Both the position numbers and the translations under genes were made by a program. 64,000 nucleotides of DNA. Source: Octopus sinensis. Its lineage: Eukaryota. Shown in pieces: positions 25,667-38,377 of this stretch; position 1 is the first letter of the stretch; each line of letters begins with the position of its first letter. Where the stretch lies: NCBI RefSeq assembly GCF_006345805.1, contig NC_043009.1:60760001-60824000 (forward strand). The letters run 5' to 3'. The notes under the pieces were generated by a model. The model did no database searches, was not told where the DNA came from, and saw nothing but the letters and a program-made list of their open reading frames with translations.

Positions 25667-26158
25667 TCATCTTGCAAACAACTAGCACATGCAAGTGCTA
25701 TTAGTCAAAAGCTCCCCACACCGGAAGCCAGCAAGTGTATGGGGTCATCAGGAGAGAATGCATGCCATTTCGGGGCCTACCTCTCAACGGCATCAATGCC
25801 CCCCCCCCCTGATATGAGGCCCTGCTTGCTAAATCAGCTGGTTATCAAATAAAGCTCAATATTCTTCTAGCCATCGCTCATCATCTCTTTTTAACCAAAT
25901 CCAGTGGCTAGCCTTCTCCACTGTAGTTTGGATATCGGTCATGGTGGTATTGACTTTACGATGAGTTAGGCCTAAAGATAACAACCAATCGCCTCATACT
26001 GTGTCCAACAAACCCTCTACATCCAAAAATGTTCCGCTTTCCAGCTTGCATCTTCACATTCCTCGAGGAGGTTTACATAACGGTCAATCTTTTGAGCCCG
26101 AGCGGCGTTCATATTATCTTCATGAGGAACCGTTAACTTGACTAGATTCACAACTTTC
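25667..26158 (-). mobile_element. RLE-clade (HERO-like) non-LTR retrotransposon, 5'-truncated
   Basis: Minus strand: KLTVPHEDNMNAARAQKIDRYVNLLEECEDASWK...GCRGFVG...VEKASHWIWLKRDD (frameshifted), which is a restriction-like endonuclease C-terminus, followed by a 3' UTR. Confidence 0.8.
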
Positions 26159-26771
26159 CATGGTTCTTATGACTGATTGCTCTTTCTATCACTAATTCCA
26201 CTCTACACCCTGGATAGCATGCACTCTATCAAGTCACCAGCGCTTGAGAAGTTGCTATCTGCAGTGGGACTAAGCACTCCTCTGGCTGTGAAATTAAGAA
26301 GCCTGCTTCCCAACCTGATGGTTTCAAGTTCAGTTCCACTGAGTGACACCTTGGACAAGTGTAGTGAAGAGTCAGTGCTGTGGGCTGACCAAAATCTTGC
26401 GAGTGGATCTGGTAGATGGAAAGGACCAAGATACCTGGCACTTTGTTGTACTGAAGAAGACGCACTCTGCAGCAGAAGTGTAAAGACCAATCCTTCTGGT
26501 AGTGTAAAGCACTCGTGTGGCACTATGTGAAAGTGCCAGTGTGCCACCATGTAAAAGCACCCGTGTGGTGCCATATAAAAGCACCCAGCAAACTCTGTAA
26601 AGTAGTTGGCGTTAGGAAGAGCATCCAGCTGTAGAAACCATGCCAAAACAATGCCAGGCTGGAGTCTGGTGCTGCTCCCCAGCTTTCCAACTGTGGTCAA
26701 ACTGTCTGACCCATGCCAACATGGACAATGGACATCAAATGACAATGACAGTGAAACTGAAAGAATTCCAC

Positions 26772-26813
<42 letters not shown>

Positions 26814-26846
26814 CACACACACATATATACACACACACAGTGGAAT

Positions 26847-26884
<38 letters not shown>

Positions 26885-27155
26885 TAGTTGAATGAATTAT
26901 CATAGTATGGATAATTCCATTAACTGGGTAGCAAATTCACATCAGAAAAAGCTACATGCCAAGGGCAGAGATCACATGCTTTTGGGTGGAAATTTGTGTG
27001 TTTTTTTTACTATAAATAAATGAAAGAATGGAGTTTAAAGATAATTTAACAAAATTCCTTTATTCTCAACATATGTTTCAAAGACTGCATAGTCTTTGAA
27101 ACATATGTTGAGAATAAAGGAATTTTGTTAAATTGTCATTCAACTCCATTCTTTC

Positions 27156-27165
<10 letters not shown>
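26885..27165. mobile_element. Fold-back element (Penelope-like pLTR remnant) between (TA)n tracts
   Basis: Inverted arms ~27013-27086 and 27091-27163 with a 4-nt loop, carrying GAAACATATGTT..AATAAA. Homologous to the 3' part of 27883-28274. Confidence 0.6.
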
Positions 27166-27207
<42 letters not shown>

Positions 27208-27579
27208 CTTTTACTTGTTTCAACACCAGCAATCATTAGTTATAACAACAACAAACAAAAATAGCCAGTAAGCAGCTGAACAATTGAAATGTGTTGAGTG
27301 AACCATGACAGAACAATACACTACCCCCACTCCAACCTTTTCCCATCTCTCAAGAACTGGATTCCAGTTCACAGCTGTTTCTATTGTACTTTAGAAGCTG
27401 AAACAGTAGTAGAGGTCAAGCAATCAATGGCAATAACTGAAATGACCTTCCATTGATCAGAGATTGTAATATAAGCCTAGTACTTATTCTTTCAGTCTCT
27501 TTTGCTGAACTGCTAAGTTATGGGGACATAAACACACCAGCATCAATTGTCAAGCGGTGTTGGGGATAAACACACACAT

Positions 27580-27620
<41 letters not shown>

Positions 27621-27833
27621 CAGGCGGCGAGCTGGCAGAAACGTTAGCGCACGGGGCGAAATGCTTAGTGGTATTTCGTCTGTCGTTACGTTCTGAGTTC
27701 AAATTCCGCCGAGGTCGACTTTGCCTTTCATCCTCTCGGGGTCGATAAATAAAGTACTGGGTCGATGTAATCGACTTAATCCCTTTGTCTGTTCTTGTTT
27801 GTCCCCTCTATGTTTAGCCCCTTAGTAGTAAAG

Positions 27834-27875
<42 letters not shown>

Positions 27876-27882
27876 TATATAT

Positions 27883-28274
27883 AGTTCAGCCATGGGCTCT
27901 TAAAGAGCCTCCTCGTTCAAATTGCTTTGCTGCGCCTCTGTTCTGTTTTGTTCTGCCAACGGAATTCCTATTTTTTTCCTGAAGAGAAAGCCACAATATG
28001 GTATCCTTATTTAATCAGAATTTGGAAAATTGTGGCTTTTGAAACATGTGTAGAATGCAATAAAAGGAATTCTGTTCAATCTTCGTTCAACTCCATTTCT
28101 TCAATTCACTAATAATATTAAAATTCAATTATCCGCACCAACGCACGGTTGCAACACCAAATGGTTTTATCTCCAACCGTGCTTTCTTCTGCTGTGATTT
28201 TTGCTACCAAGGTATCGGTTAAACTTTTGATTAATCTGCAACAAGATTATTCATCTTTCTATTTCACCAAACAC
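27883..28274 (+). mobile_element. Hammerhead-bearing short element (Penelope-like pLTR/retrozyme-like monomer) flanked by (TA)n
   Basis: Contains the 27976-28055 hammerhead, AATAAA and the motif GTGATTTTTGCTACC. Reverse-complement variants of that motif occur at ~26927 and ~46236. Confidence 0.55.
27976..28055 (+). ncRNA. Type I hammerhead ribozyme motif with 12-bp stem II
   Basis: TTC-CTGAAGA(27979-27985)-GAAAGCCACAAT-loop-ATTGTGGCTTTT-GAAA(28041-28044)-CATGTG-TA-GAA, followed by AATAAA at 28059. Stem I is only 3 bp. Confidence 0.65.
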
Positions 28275-28278
28275 ATAT

Positions 28279-28310
<32 letters not shown>

Positions 28311-29003
28311 ATATATATATATTATATATATATATATACAATGAGCTTCTTTCAGTTTCTGTCTACCAAATCCACTCACAAGGCTTTGGTCGGCCCAAGG
28401 CTATTGTAGAAGACACTTGCCCAAGGTGCCACGCAGTGGGACATTACACATATTATACAGTCCAAATGAAATCAAGAAAAAAATCAGAGAAAAGAACTTT
28501 ATTAATAAATTCCAACCCAAGCTAAAACACACAATAATAATAATAATAGTATTTAGTGGTACTTTTTACTACTGCTACGACTAATAACAACAACAACAAT
28601 GCTAAAGGCACTCGGCTGGAAAATACTAGCTAAGTCAAGAGAAAAGTCAGTAAAAATAATCTTATAATACCACAGCTACTCCTACCACTATCACCACCAC
28701 CAACAACAACAATAATAAAGGTGATGATAATGGTGATGATGATAATTGAGATGTAAAAAATTCCTCGGAAATGTTTACAACATTTCTAAAAGTAGCTTAA
28801 AAATTACTGCTTTGGCCAGGGTCAAATACAGGTCTCTTGTCATGTTCAACCAACTGTGACACCTAAATCAGACACCACTCATGTTAAGTAATTTGATAAA
28901 GCCATGCACTGACTGGGCAGAATACAGTTTGCAAAACTTAACATTCTGGAGCCTATACAAATGTATTTATGGCACACAGTTTAGCCATCTCACTACAGTT
29001 GTA

Positions 29004-29142
29004 TTAGGTTGTCCCAAAAGTTTGTAAACACTTGCGAAAATTGAATTTTTACTCGCCAAGTATTAACAAAACAACAAAAATTATTCCTCAAAATAAAGAC
29101 CATTATTTTCCAAGACTTTCAACGAACTTTTGGGACAACCTT
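29004..29142. mobile_element. mariner-type MITE
   Basis: Inverted termini AGGTTGTCCCAAAAGTT / AACTTTTGGGACAACCT with TA flanks. Confidence 0.7.
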
Positions 29143-29750
29143 ATAAATGGTAAAACATAACTGTCACCACTACTATATGAACCTGAAGATTGCATAGTTT
29201 AATTCATGAAAGTACTAGTTCAATCAGAATGGACATTTAATATTCTACCATTTCATTATATTATATTATCTTATATTATGTTATTATAAGATAGTAAATA
29301 AAATGTGAAAATCAAAGTTTGAGTTTGTTTTTTTTAATAATATGTATACATATTTGAAATTTACAGAAAAACAAAAGATGAGGACAGCTGTATAAACAAC
29401 AAGCTGGTGTATTAGTTTGATGCTCAGGAAAGTGAGAAAGTCTTTGTTAACAACAAACAAGAGGAGGACAAATATCCGTTGAATGTAAATAATGTAAATA
29501 ATAAGTCACATTATAGAAAATTCTTTTTCTTTTTTCTTTTACTTGTTACAGTCATTTGATGCGGCCATGCTGGAGCACCGCCTTTAGTCGAGCAAATCGA
29601 CCCCGGGACTTATTCTTTGTAAGCCCAGTACTTATTCTATCAGTCTCTTTTTGCCGAACCACTAAGTGACGGGGACGTAAACACACCAGCATCGGTTGTC
29701 AAGCAATGCTAGGGGGACAAACACAGACACACAAACATACACACATACTT

Positions 29751-29806
<56 letters not shown>

Positions 29807-31052
29807 TACGACAGGCTTCTTTCAGTTTCCGTCTACCAACTCCACTCACAAGGCATTGGTCGGCCCGAGGCTATAGCAGAAGACACTTGCCCAAGATGCC
29901 ACGCAGTGGGACTGAACCCGGAACCATGTGGTTGGTTAGCAAGCTACTTACCACACAGCCACTCCTGCGATGTATAATTTTATATAAAATCATATTATAC
30001 AAAACGTAAGATACTTGACACTGCTTCTTAGCCACAAGATCTTGAATGCGTGGTTGAACGCCAGGGAGTGCACAATGTAAGTCCCTTTCAAGATTCAGCC
30101 TGTTTTTGTACTTGCAAAAAAGGTACCCAGTGCACACTGTAAAATGGTTGGCATTAGAAAGGGCACGCAGCTGTAGAAACTATGCTGAGTGTTTGATACA
30201 GCATTGCAGCTTACCAGATCTTGTCTCAAACCGTCTAATACATTCTAGCATAGAAAACGGATGTTAGATGACGATGATGATGATGATGATGACGATGATG
30301 ATGAGAGTGAGAAGGAGGATCCAGTTTCTTTCTCTCTCTGCTCATTTCTGCTTCATCATTCATTTACACCAACATTACACATCCAATGGCACATGCCCAC
30401 CTTCTTTCTTTCCAGCCTTCACATAGCTTCTGCAGTCAGTGCCCAGGCTTTTGCTGCCGTGTAATATCAGACATTTTAACTCCAAGCATCATACAAGCTG
30501 TTCTGTACTTGAAGTGAGAATCTGTCTGTTACCAACAGAGGTAACATTTTTCAACCCTGGTTACTTTGTTTTCGGAACACTCACCCTCTTTATAGCTGAT
30601 TAGTTTATCTAATTCAGTGGTTCTCAAACTTTTTAATATCCAGGCCAAACCCAGAACCTCAATGCTTTTAGGGGGTCACAGCAAAAAATGTAAAACACAA
30701 GTCAAAGAATTAAAGAACTTAAAAAATACTGGAGTTAATCCGTTTAACTTAGCACATTAAAGCAGTACCCCAGCATAATTGCAGTCTAACGACCGAGATA
30801 AGTAAAATGTTACCAACAAAAAAGAGGATGACCACATCAGAGATGGCAAGAGTCCTGTCCTTTCTCTCACTAGCTAAACTTTTTGTCTTAGTCATGTTTA
30901 TTTTAACCCTACATTTTGCTTTCATATTTCAAATTTCTTCACTAATTCTTAGACAAATTCAGCTATGACAACTGACTTCATTGACATACAAATTTTCCCA
31001 TTAACAGTCAGTAGCAATAATAAACAGAATTCAACTGAGAATTAAGATTTAA

Positions 31053-31264
31053 CCTTTTCACTACCATATTTATGCTCTGTTTCTTTCAATTAATTTTAAA
31101 TATAACAAAGAATTTAGAAAAATAACTTAGTTATCATTCAGCTAGTGTTTAGGAACATAAAATGTGACTAAGGTTTGGTGGAAGATTTTAATTCAAAACT
31201 TATGAAAACAAAACATTCGTACTCAGAGCCAGAGGCAGTTTCAGCCGGGTTGGTACTGAAAGGG
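31053..31264. mobile_element. piggyBac-type MITE (family 2)
   Basis: TTAA|CCTTTTCACTACC...GGTACTGAAAGGG|TTAA. Partial inverted copy at ~23499-23670 and a SINE-split copy at ~36577-37337. Confidence 0.75.
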
Positions 31265-31780
31265 TTAAGGCAGTTGTTCTCAACAAAAGACTATATGAAC
31301 CTAGGGGGTTTCGTATAAGATTTTGTTGTTAAAATTTAGGCACGATAAATTGGTTATACTTTAAAAAAATATTTAACATCAAATGGCTATGAGGGTCCAC
31401 TCAAAGAAAGTAGGAATCAAAGGGGTTCATAGGCAAAAAACATGCTCTAATGGATACCCAAAGACAAAGTAAATTGCAAGCTGAACTCACTGCTAACTCT
31501 CACCTTACTGACAGCCTCTCTGTCCATGATTAGAATGACCTTCACAATCCAATTACCCAGACCTAGATTTCTTACCAACCACCAACTTCAGTGTGAAATC
31601 CTGCCAAAGGCCTTCTCTGTCTAGAAGTGGTCTGTTCTGAGGTAAGAACAGACAGTTGTTCCTGTAGGAAATGTGCCTCACTGGTAAGCCACCCTGGCAC
31701 AAACCTTAACTAAAGTCTTATCTAAGCTAAATTCTCTTCCTAATCACTTGTGCTTTCTTTTTTATCTTTTACTTGGTACA

Positions 31781-32186
31781 CATGCTGGTGGCACATAATA
31801 AGCACCATTCAAGCATAGGTCAATGCCAGTGCCACCTGACTGGCTCCTCATGCTGGTGGCACATAATAAGCACCATTCAAGCATAGGTCAATGCCAGTGC
31901 CACCTGACTGGCTCCTCATGCTGGTGGCACATAATAAGCACCATTCAAGCATAGGTCAATGCCAGTGCCACCTGACTGGCTCCTCATGCTAGTGGCACAT
32001 AATAAGCACCATTCAAGCATGGGTCAATGCCAGTGCCACCTGACTGGCTCCCCGTGTTGGTGCACATAATAAACACCATTCAAGCATAGGTCAATGCCAG
32101 TGCCACCTGACTGGCTCCCCATGCTGGTGGCACATAATAAACACCATTCAAGCATAGGTCAATGCCAGTGTCACCTGACTGGCTCC
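31781..32186 (+). repeat. Six tandem 68-bp units at the 5' end of a family C SINE
   Basis: Unit CATGCTGGTGGCACATAATAAGCACCATTCAAGCATAGGTCAATGCCAGTGCCACCTGACTGGCTCCT, starting at 31781, 31849, 31917, 31985 and onward. Confidence 0.9.
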
Positions 32187-35100
32187 CATGCTGGTGGCAC
32201 GTAAAAAGCACCCACTACACTCTTGGAGTGGTTGGTGTTAGGAAGGGCATCAAGCTGTAGAAAACATGTCAAATCGGATTAGAGCCTGGTGCAGCCTACT
32301 GCCTTGTCAGTCCTCAGTCAAACCATGAAACCCATGCCAGCATGGAAAACGGATGTTAAATGATGATGATGATGATGATTTGTTCCAGTCATCTGACTGC
32401 AGCCATGCAGTGGCACCACCTTGAAGAATTTTAGTCAAACGGATCAACCCCAGAACAGATGTTGTTCTTTTTTTAAGCCTGGTACCAATAGAATAATTCT
32501 ATTGGTCTTTTTGCCAAACAGCTAAGTTACAGGGACATAAACACACCAACACTGATTGTCAAGCGATGTTGGGGGGACAAACACAAACACATAATCACAC
32601 ACACACAAACACACATGTACACATACACAACATACTTCTTTCAGTTTCCATCTACCAAATCCACTCACAAATCTGTGGTCAGCCTGAGGCTCTGGTAGAA
32701 GACACTTGCCTAAAGTGCCACCCAGAAGGATTAAACCTGCAACAACTCTTTCAAATTATGTCTCATAAATAAAAGAAGGATGCAGTAGATAGGACAATGT
32801 GATTAAGATGTGTGTATACACAAATAAATGCCATAGTCACAGCTGGGATTGCTCTTCTCCCTCATTACCCACCTGAGTTTTAAACAACACCAGCAATCAT
32901 TAGTTATAACAACAACAAACAAAAATAGCAGCTGAACAATTTAAATGTGTTGAGTGAACCATGACAGGATACACTACCCCACTCCAACCTTTTCCCATCT
33001 CTCAAGAACTGGATTCCAGTTCACAGCTGTTTCTATTGTACTTTAGAAGCTGGAACAGTAGTAGAGGTCAAGCAATCAATGGCAATAACTGAAATGACCT
33101 TCCATTGATCATAGATTGTAATATTTCTCTTTCTTTCAACATATGTGATCCTGAGGTTAGAGATAAGTGTGGGCAGGGCACTGCTTATTCTTGGTGAGTT
33201 ATGTTAAAAGTGAGAGAACTCTGCAGAGTCTAGCATACTAATTTGAATAGTACCTCTTCACCAGCCCAGTTCTCTTGGTTGCAAGTAGATAAGACAGTAA
33301 GATATCATTCAGTGAATTATGTCTACAATCAAGATGATAGCATAGAGGGGTACAGTTCACTTCATTGAGTCCAGCACTGATACATTCTCCAGTTCAGTTC
33401 ACTTAGGTACCACAGTCGGTATACTTCACTGTAATACGTCTTTAGCAAAATCCAGCCCAAATATCTATTTTATGTTAAAACTGACTAGATCCAACCTCTC
33501 ATACCTACCTTACAGTGTCATTGGCATCTTGGGCCAGTGTCTTCTGCTATAGCCTCGGGCCGACCAAAGCCTTGTGAGTGGATTTGGTAGATGGAAACTG
33601 AAAGAAGCCCGTCGTATATATGTATGTATATATATATATATATATATGCGTGTGTGTGTTTGTGTGTCTGTGTTTGTCCCCCCTAGCATTGCTTGACAAC
33701 CGATGCTGGTGTGTTTATGTCCCCGTTACTTAGCGGTTCGGCAAAAGAGACCGATAGAATAAGTACTGGGCTTACAAAAGAATAAGTCCCGGGGTTGAGT
33801 TGCTCGATTAAAGGTGGTGCTCCAGCATGGCCGCAGTCAAGTGACTGAAACAAGTAGAAGAGTAAATGCTTCATTGAAATTTTGAAGCTACAGAATGTGT
33901 GATTAATTCAAAACAATGTGAATAAATAACCATTATATTTCGCAAAGAAATCTCAATGCTAAATGGTCAACATTTCCATTCACCTACATATTGACACACA
34001 ATGTCATATTCTTCTCAACCAGACTACTTTGCTCTAAACAGGCATGATATTGTGTTGCAGTCACGTCTTCTGTGTCCATAATTGAAGACACTAAACCGTC
34101 ATGTAAATAAGTCCCACAGTGAGATATAGTGCACTGTGCAGTGTCCACAATGCAGTCTCACTCCACAGTCCAGTCTGTCTGGCCGTAAATAGGTACCACT
34201 ACTTTAAACAGTGGCAGTACTGAAAAACAATCATTAAGAATGCTGTGCAATTAATTCAATTCTACTTGGTGTAGGTTGAGGCTGAAGAGACGTGATTAGC
34301 CCAAGTGTATGACAATTTTCATTAGCCACAGACAAATTCCTGAGCAATGAAAGACAGATGGTATGCAAGACATTCATTTTTTTTTTATGTATTCCAACCA
34401 GCAGACAGCACACTGAAAGTGTATACTCTTTACTCTCTTTTACTCTTCTACTTGTTTCAGTCATTTTGACTGTGGCCATGCTGGAGCACCGCCTTTAGTC
34501 AAGCAAATCGACCCCGGGACTTATTCTTTGTAAGCCCAGTACTTATTCTATCGGTCTCTTTTGACGAACCGCTAAGTGACAGGGACGTAAACACACCAGC
34601 ATCGGTTGTCAAGCAATGTTAGGGGGACAAACACAGACACACAAACATATACACACACATAAATATACATATATATATACATATATACGACGGGCTTCTT
34701 TCAGTTTCCGTCTACCAAATCCACTCACAAGGCTTTGGTCGGCCCGAGGCTATAGCAGAAGACACTTGCCCAAGATTTCCACGCAGTGGGACTGAACCCG
34801 GAACCATGTGGTTGGTTAGCAAGCTACTTACCACACAGCCACTCCTGTGCTTATGTGTATTTATCACCATTATTACTTTGTGCATTTCTCAATAGGTGGT
34901 ATGGGTTGGAGAGGCTGCTTCACATTAACCCACCATTCACCACAGTCCTTTGTAACCTGATCTCAACAGAGAAACACCACACCAACTCTCTTGCTGTACA
35001 TGATCATATTTTCAGTATGGTGGTGCGTATAATCAGGTTACAAACACTCGTCTTGTCTTGCCACACTGTAAGTTTATGGACTTCCTGCTTGATTTATTCC

Positions 35101-35199
35101 TTTAACCTTTTGACATTTAAACTGATCATATCTGACCCAAATAGTCTGTGTTTTTTTATTCAAACCAATAGAACCTGGCCTCTCACACCTACCCTATAA

Positions 35200-36029
35200 T
35201 CTAATCTATAAAATGAAGAAGGCAAACATTGATACAAATTGGATTTTTGTGTAAATGGGGCTGGGAGGGGATTAAAATTTACAGGAGGGGGTAACTTGAG
35301 GTGAGAAATTGATTGGGAGACATTTTCGGGTGCTACAGTGGTTGCTTTGGTGTGAAAACAGGGATTTTATTGATTTTGGGGAACACTTGAGGGTCTAGAT
35401 TGGACATCCTTTGCCCGATTTCAATCAAATTTTCAACATGGTAAAGTAGAAGCGGATTTGTAATTTAAGTGCGGAAAAGGGGTTCGAAATTTTGAAAATA
35501 AAGGCAAGATTTTTGAAGTTGAAAAAAGTTTCTAGTTTTTACGTATTTTTGCCTTTTAGGTTTATTGTTTACAGTTTTCAGTTTTCTGAAAGAAATTTGC
35601 AGCTACATGTAGCCCGTGTTTAGAGCTTTCATTTGCATGGTCAATCGTCGAGCAATTCCCAAAATAAGTACTAAATTTAACAAAGAAATCCTTTTTTGTT
35701 CTATATTTTTAATCGCTCAAATAGTGGCAGGTACAAAAGGCGAGTGTGCTTTCTGTTGTCACTGCCTGATATTCATGATTGATTTTTCAAACTATTTTCT
35801 TTCTCAACTTACTTTTGTTTTTTATAAATGGGAGAGAGATAGCTAAAGATAGAGAGTAAGAGAAAGCAAGGGAGAGTTCACAAGAAAGGAAGAGTAAGAG
35901 AGCGGGAAAGTGAGAGAGAAAGGAGAGAGAAACAAAGAGGGAGAATGTGGCAATAAAAAACAGAAAGGAAGCAACAGAAAGTAACAACCACAACCTCACC
36001 TGCAAGTCCAGCAGGTCACCTTAAGCTAG
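35200..36029 (+). mobile_element. Non-autonomous Helitron (~830 bp) inserted in a piggyBac MITE
   Basis: A|TCTAATCTATAAAA...hairpin ACCTGC-AAGTCCA-GCAGGT...GCTAG|T. Removing it restores CCCTATAA|TGTCATTCTA of the MITE (~35102-36155). Confidence 0.8.
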
Positions 36030-36882
36030 TGTCATTCTAAAAATAGTCACATCATCAAAATCTTGAACTTACAAGATATTGCATAATTAATTCAAAACAA
36101 TGTGAATAAATAAGCATTATATTTTCACACAGTAATCTGAATGCTAAAAGGTTAACACATATCTCTACAGTACATACTTAGTGCATTATATTATGCCCCC
36201 ATCATCATCAGAGATGCTGACCATAGCAGAGCCAAAGGTTCCATTCTGCCCTACATAATTTTTTTTTAGTGATTATGTTCTCCAAGGTGCATTTCTAAAT
36301 TCTGTAGGTAGATGGGTTTTCCTAAAAAGGAGCATAGTTTACAGTGGCAGTCTATGGCCACTTGGGTATACTACCCTGTCTCTATGATGTAGAGTGGGTA
36401 GGTCAGTTAGAGCAGAGTTCAAATAGCATCCTTTGTTCAGATTTTTCTCCATTCTGTATTTGGTTTTTATTAAAGACTTCTGCTTTCTTAGACACCCCAC
36501 CTTAGCCTCAGGTTAAGAAATTCACTTATCTCTGTGATCAGGCCAGAACTATTTGTGTTTGATGAGATTTGTTTTGTTGACCTTTCAATGCCAACCTGTC
36601 TGAAACCATCATTGGTTCTATCATACAAAATAACCATTTTAAAGTGATTTAAATTAAAGAACTTCCATCAAAATTTCCATATTCTTTTACTTGTTTCAGT
36701 CATTTGACTGTGGCCATGCTGGAGCACCACCTTTAGACAAGCAAATCTACCCCAAGACATAATCTTTGGAAACCTCGTACTTATTCTATCGGTCTCTTTT
36801 CCTAAACCACTAGGTTACAGGGACGTAAACACACCACCATCGGTTGTCAAGCGATGTTAAGGGAATAAATACAAACACATAA

Positions 36883-36920
<38 letters not shown>

Positions 36921-37604
36921 TGGTAAAAACAGTAAGATAACAAAAGAAAATTATGTAAATAGAAGAAATTTATCTGTAAATAATATGTGACAATTATTCT
37001 GTAGCCAAGATAAAACTCTGAGATGGCCAGATAACCGAAGAGATGGTGGTGTGGATTTCCACCTCGGCATCCAACACATATATACATATATACGATGGGC
37101 TCTGGTCGGCCCACGACTATAGTAGAAGACACTTGCCCAAGGTGCCACACAGAAGGAATGAACCCGGAACCATGTGGTTGGTAAGCAAGCTACTTACCAC
37201 ACAGCCACTCCTGCGCCATGTTAATTTGTGTTCCAAACACCAGCTAGATACTGACAAAGTTAGTTTTTAATCATTTTCAAAGTGAACTGAAATAAAAGCT
37301 ATCTATTTCAAGAGACATATAATAACTGAAGGGTTAAGGGTTAGGGTTAGCTAAGAAACCAGATCTGTGCACTAAAAGGAATGTGAACTGTCATCTAGGA
37401 AAAACACAATAAGAGTGCTCTCTCTCCCCTCTCTCTCTACATGCATATGTACGTACGTACACACATACGTACACACATACATACATACACACATCATCAT
37501 CATCATCATTCTTTAACATGGGATATGAGTTGTCTGGGGAAAAACACAATAAGAGCTTCCCACCTCCCTCTCTCTCTACATAATTATATATGTATATATA
37601 TATG

Positions 37605-37904
37605 TGGAGGTGCAGTGGCCTAGTGGTTAGGGCAGCGGACTCGCGGTCGCAGGATCGCGGTTTCGATTCCCAGACCGGGCGTTGTGTGTGTTTATTGAGC
37701 AAAAAAACACCTAAAAGCTCCACGAGGTTCCGGCAGGGGGTGGTGATCCCTGGTGTACTCTTTCACCACTCTTTCTCCCACTCTTTCTTCTGTTGGCCTG
37801 CTTGCTTAGCCAGCGGGGTGGCGTCATTCGAAGGCTAAAACAATGCAAACGCATTGTGATCAGCGATGTGTAACAACATCTGATGGTCTGGTCGGTCACG
37901 TGAT

Positions 37905-37912
<8 letters not shown>
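37605..37912 (+). mobile_element. tRNA-derived SINE (head D, tail type 2) in (TA)n
   Basis: Same head as 50017. Different tail ending GTCACGTGATCACGTGA(TA)n. Confidence 0.8.
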
Positions 37913-37983
<71 letters not shown>

Positions 37984-38377
37984 AAGGGGAAGGAGAAGGA
38001 GGAGAGAGCTGTTATTGAGTTTCTTCCAAATTACAACTTACATTCCATATATATATTTTTATGTTTTTATCTTTTGCTTGTTTCAGTCGTCAGACTGCGG
38101 CCATGCTGGGGCATCACCTTGAAGAACTTTTAGACAAATGAGTCAACCCTAGTACCTATTTTATGTGTGTGTGTGTGTGCGTACAAGCATGGCCGTGTGG
38201 TAAGAAGCTTGCTTCCCAACCACATGGGCCTCAGTTCAGTCCAATTGTGTGGCACCTTGGGCAAGAGTCTTGGTTGACCAAAACCTTATGAGTGGATTTA
38301 GGATCCAGAAACTGAAAGCAGCCCATCTTGAATGTATGTGTCTGTTTGTCTCTGTGTTTGTCCCCCGACAAGCTATG

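Noticed and set aside
25735-25780. Hammerhead in the HERO-like 3' UTR (minus strand CCCCGAAA...CTGATGACCCC)
   Set aside because: The would-be stem II strands (CCCC and CCCC) cannot pair, and the second copy at ~13540 lacks both boxes.
31781-32186. CRISPR-like array
   Set aside because: The units are contiguous near-identical repeats with no unique spacers and no cas genes. The context is eukaryotic and the unit is a SINE module.
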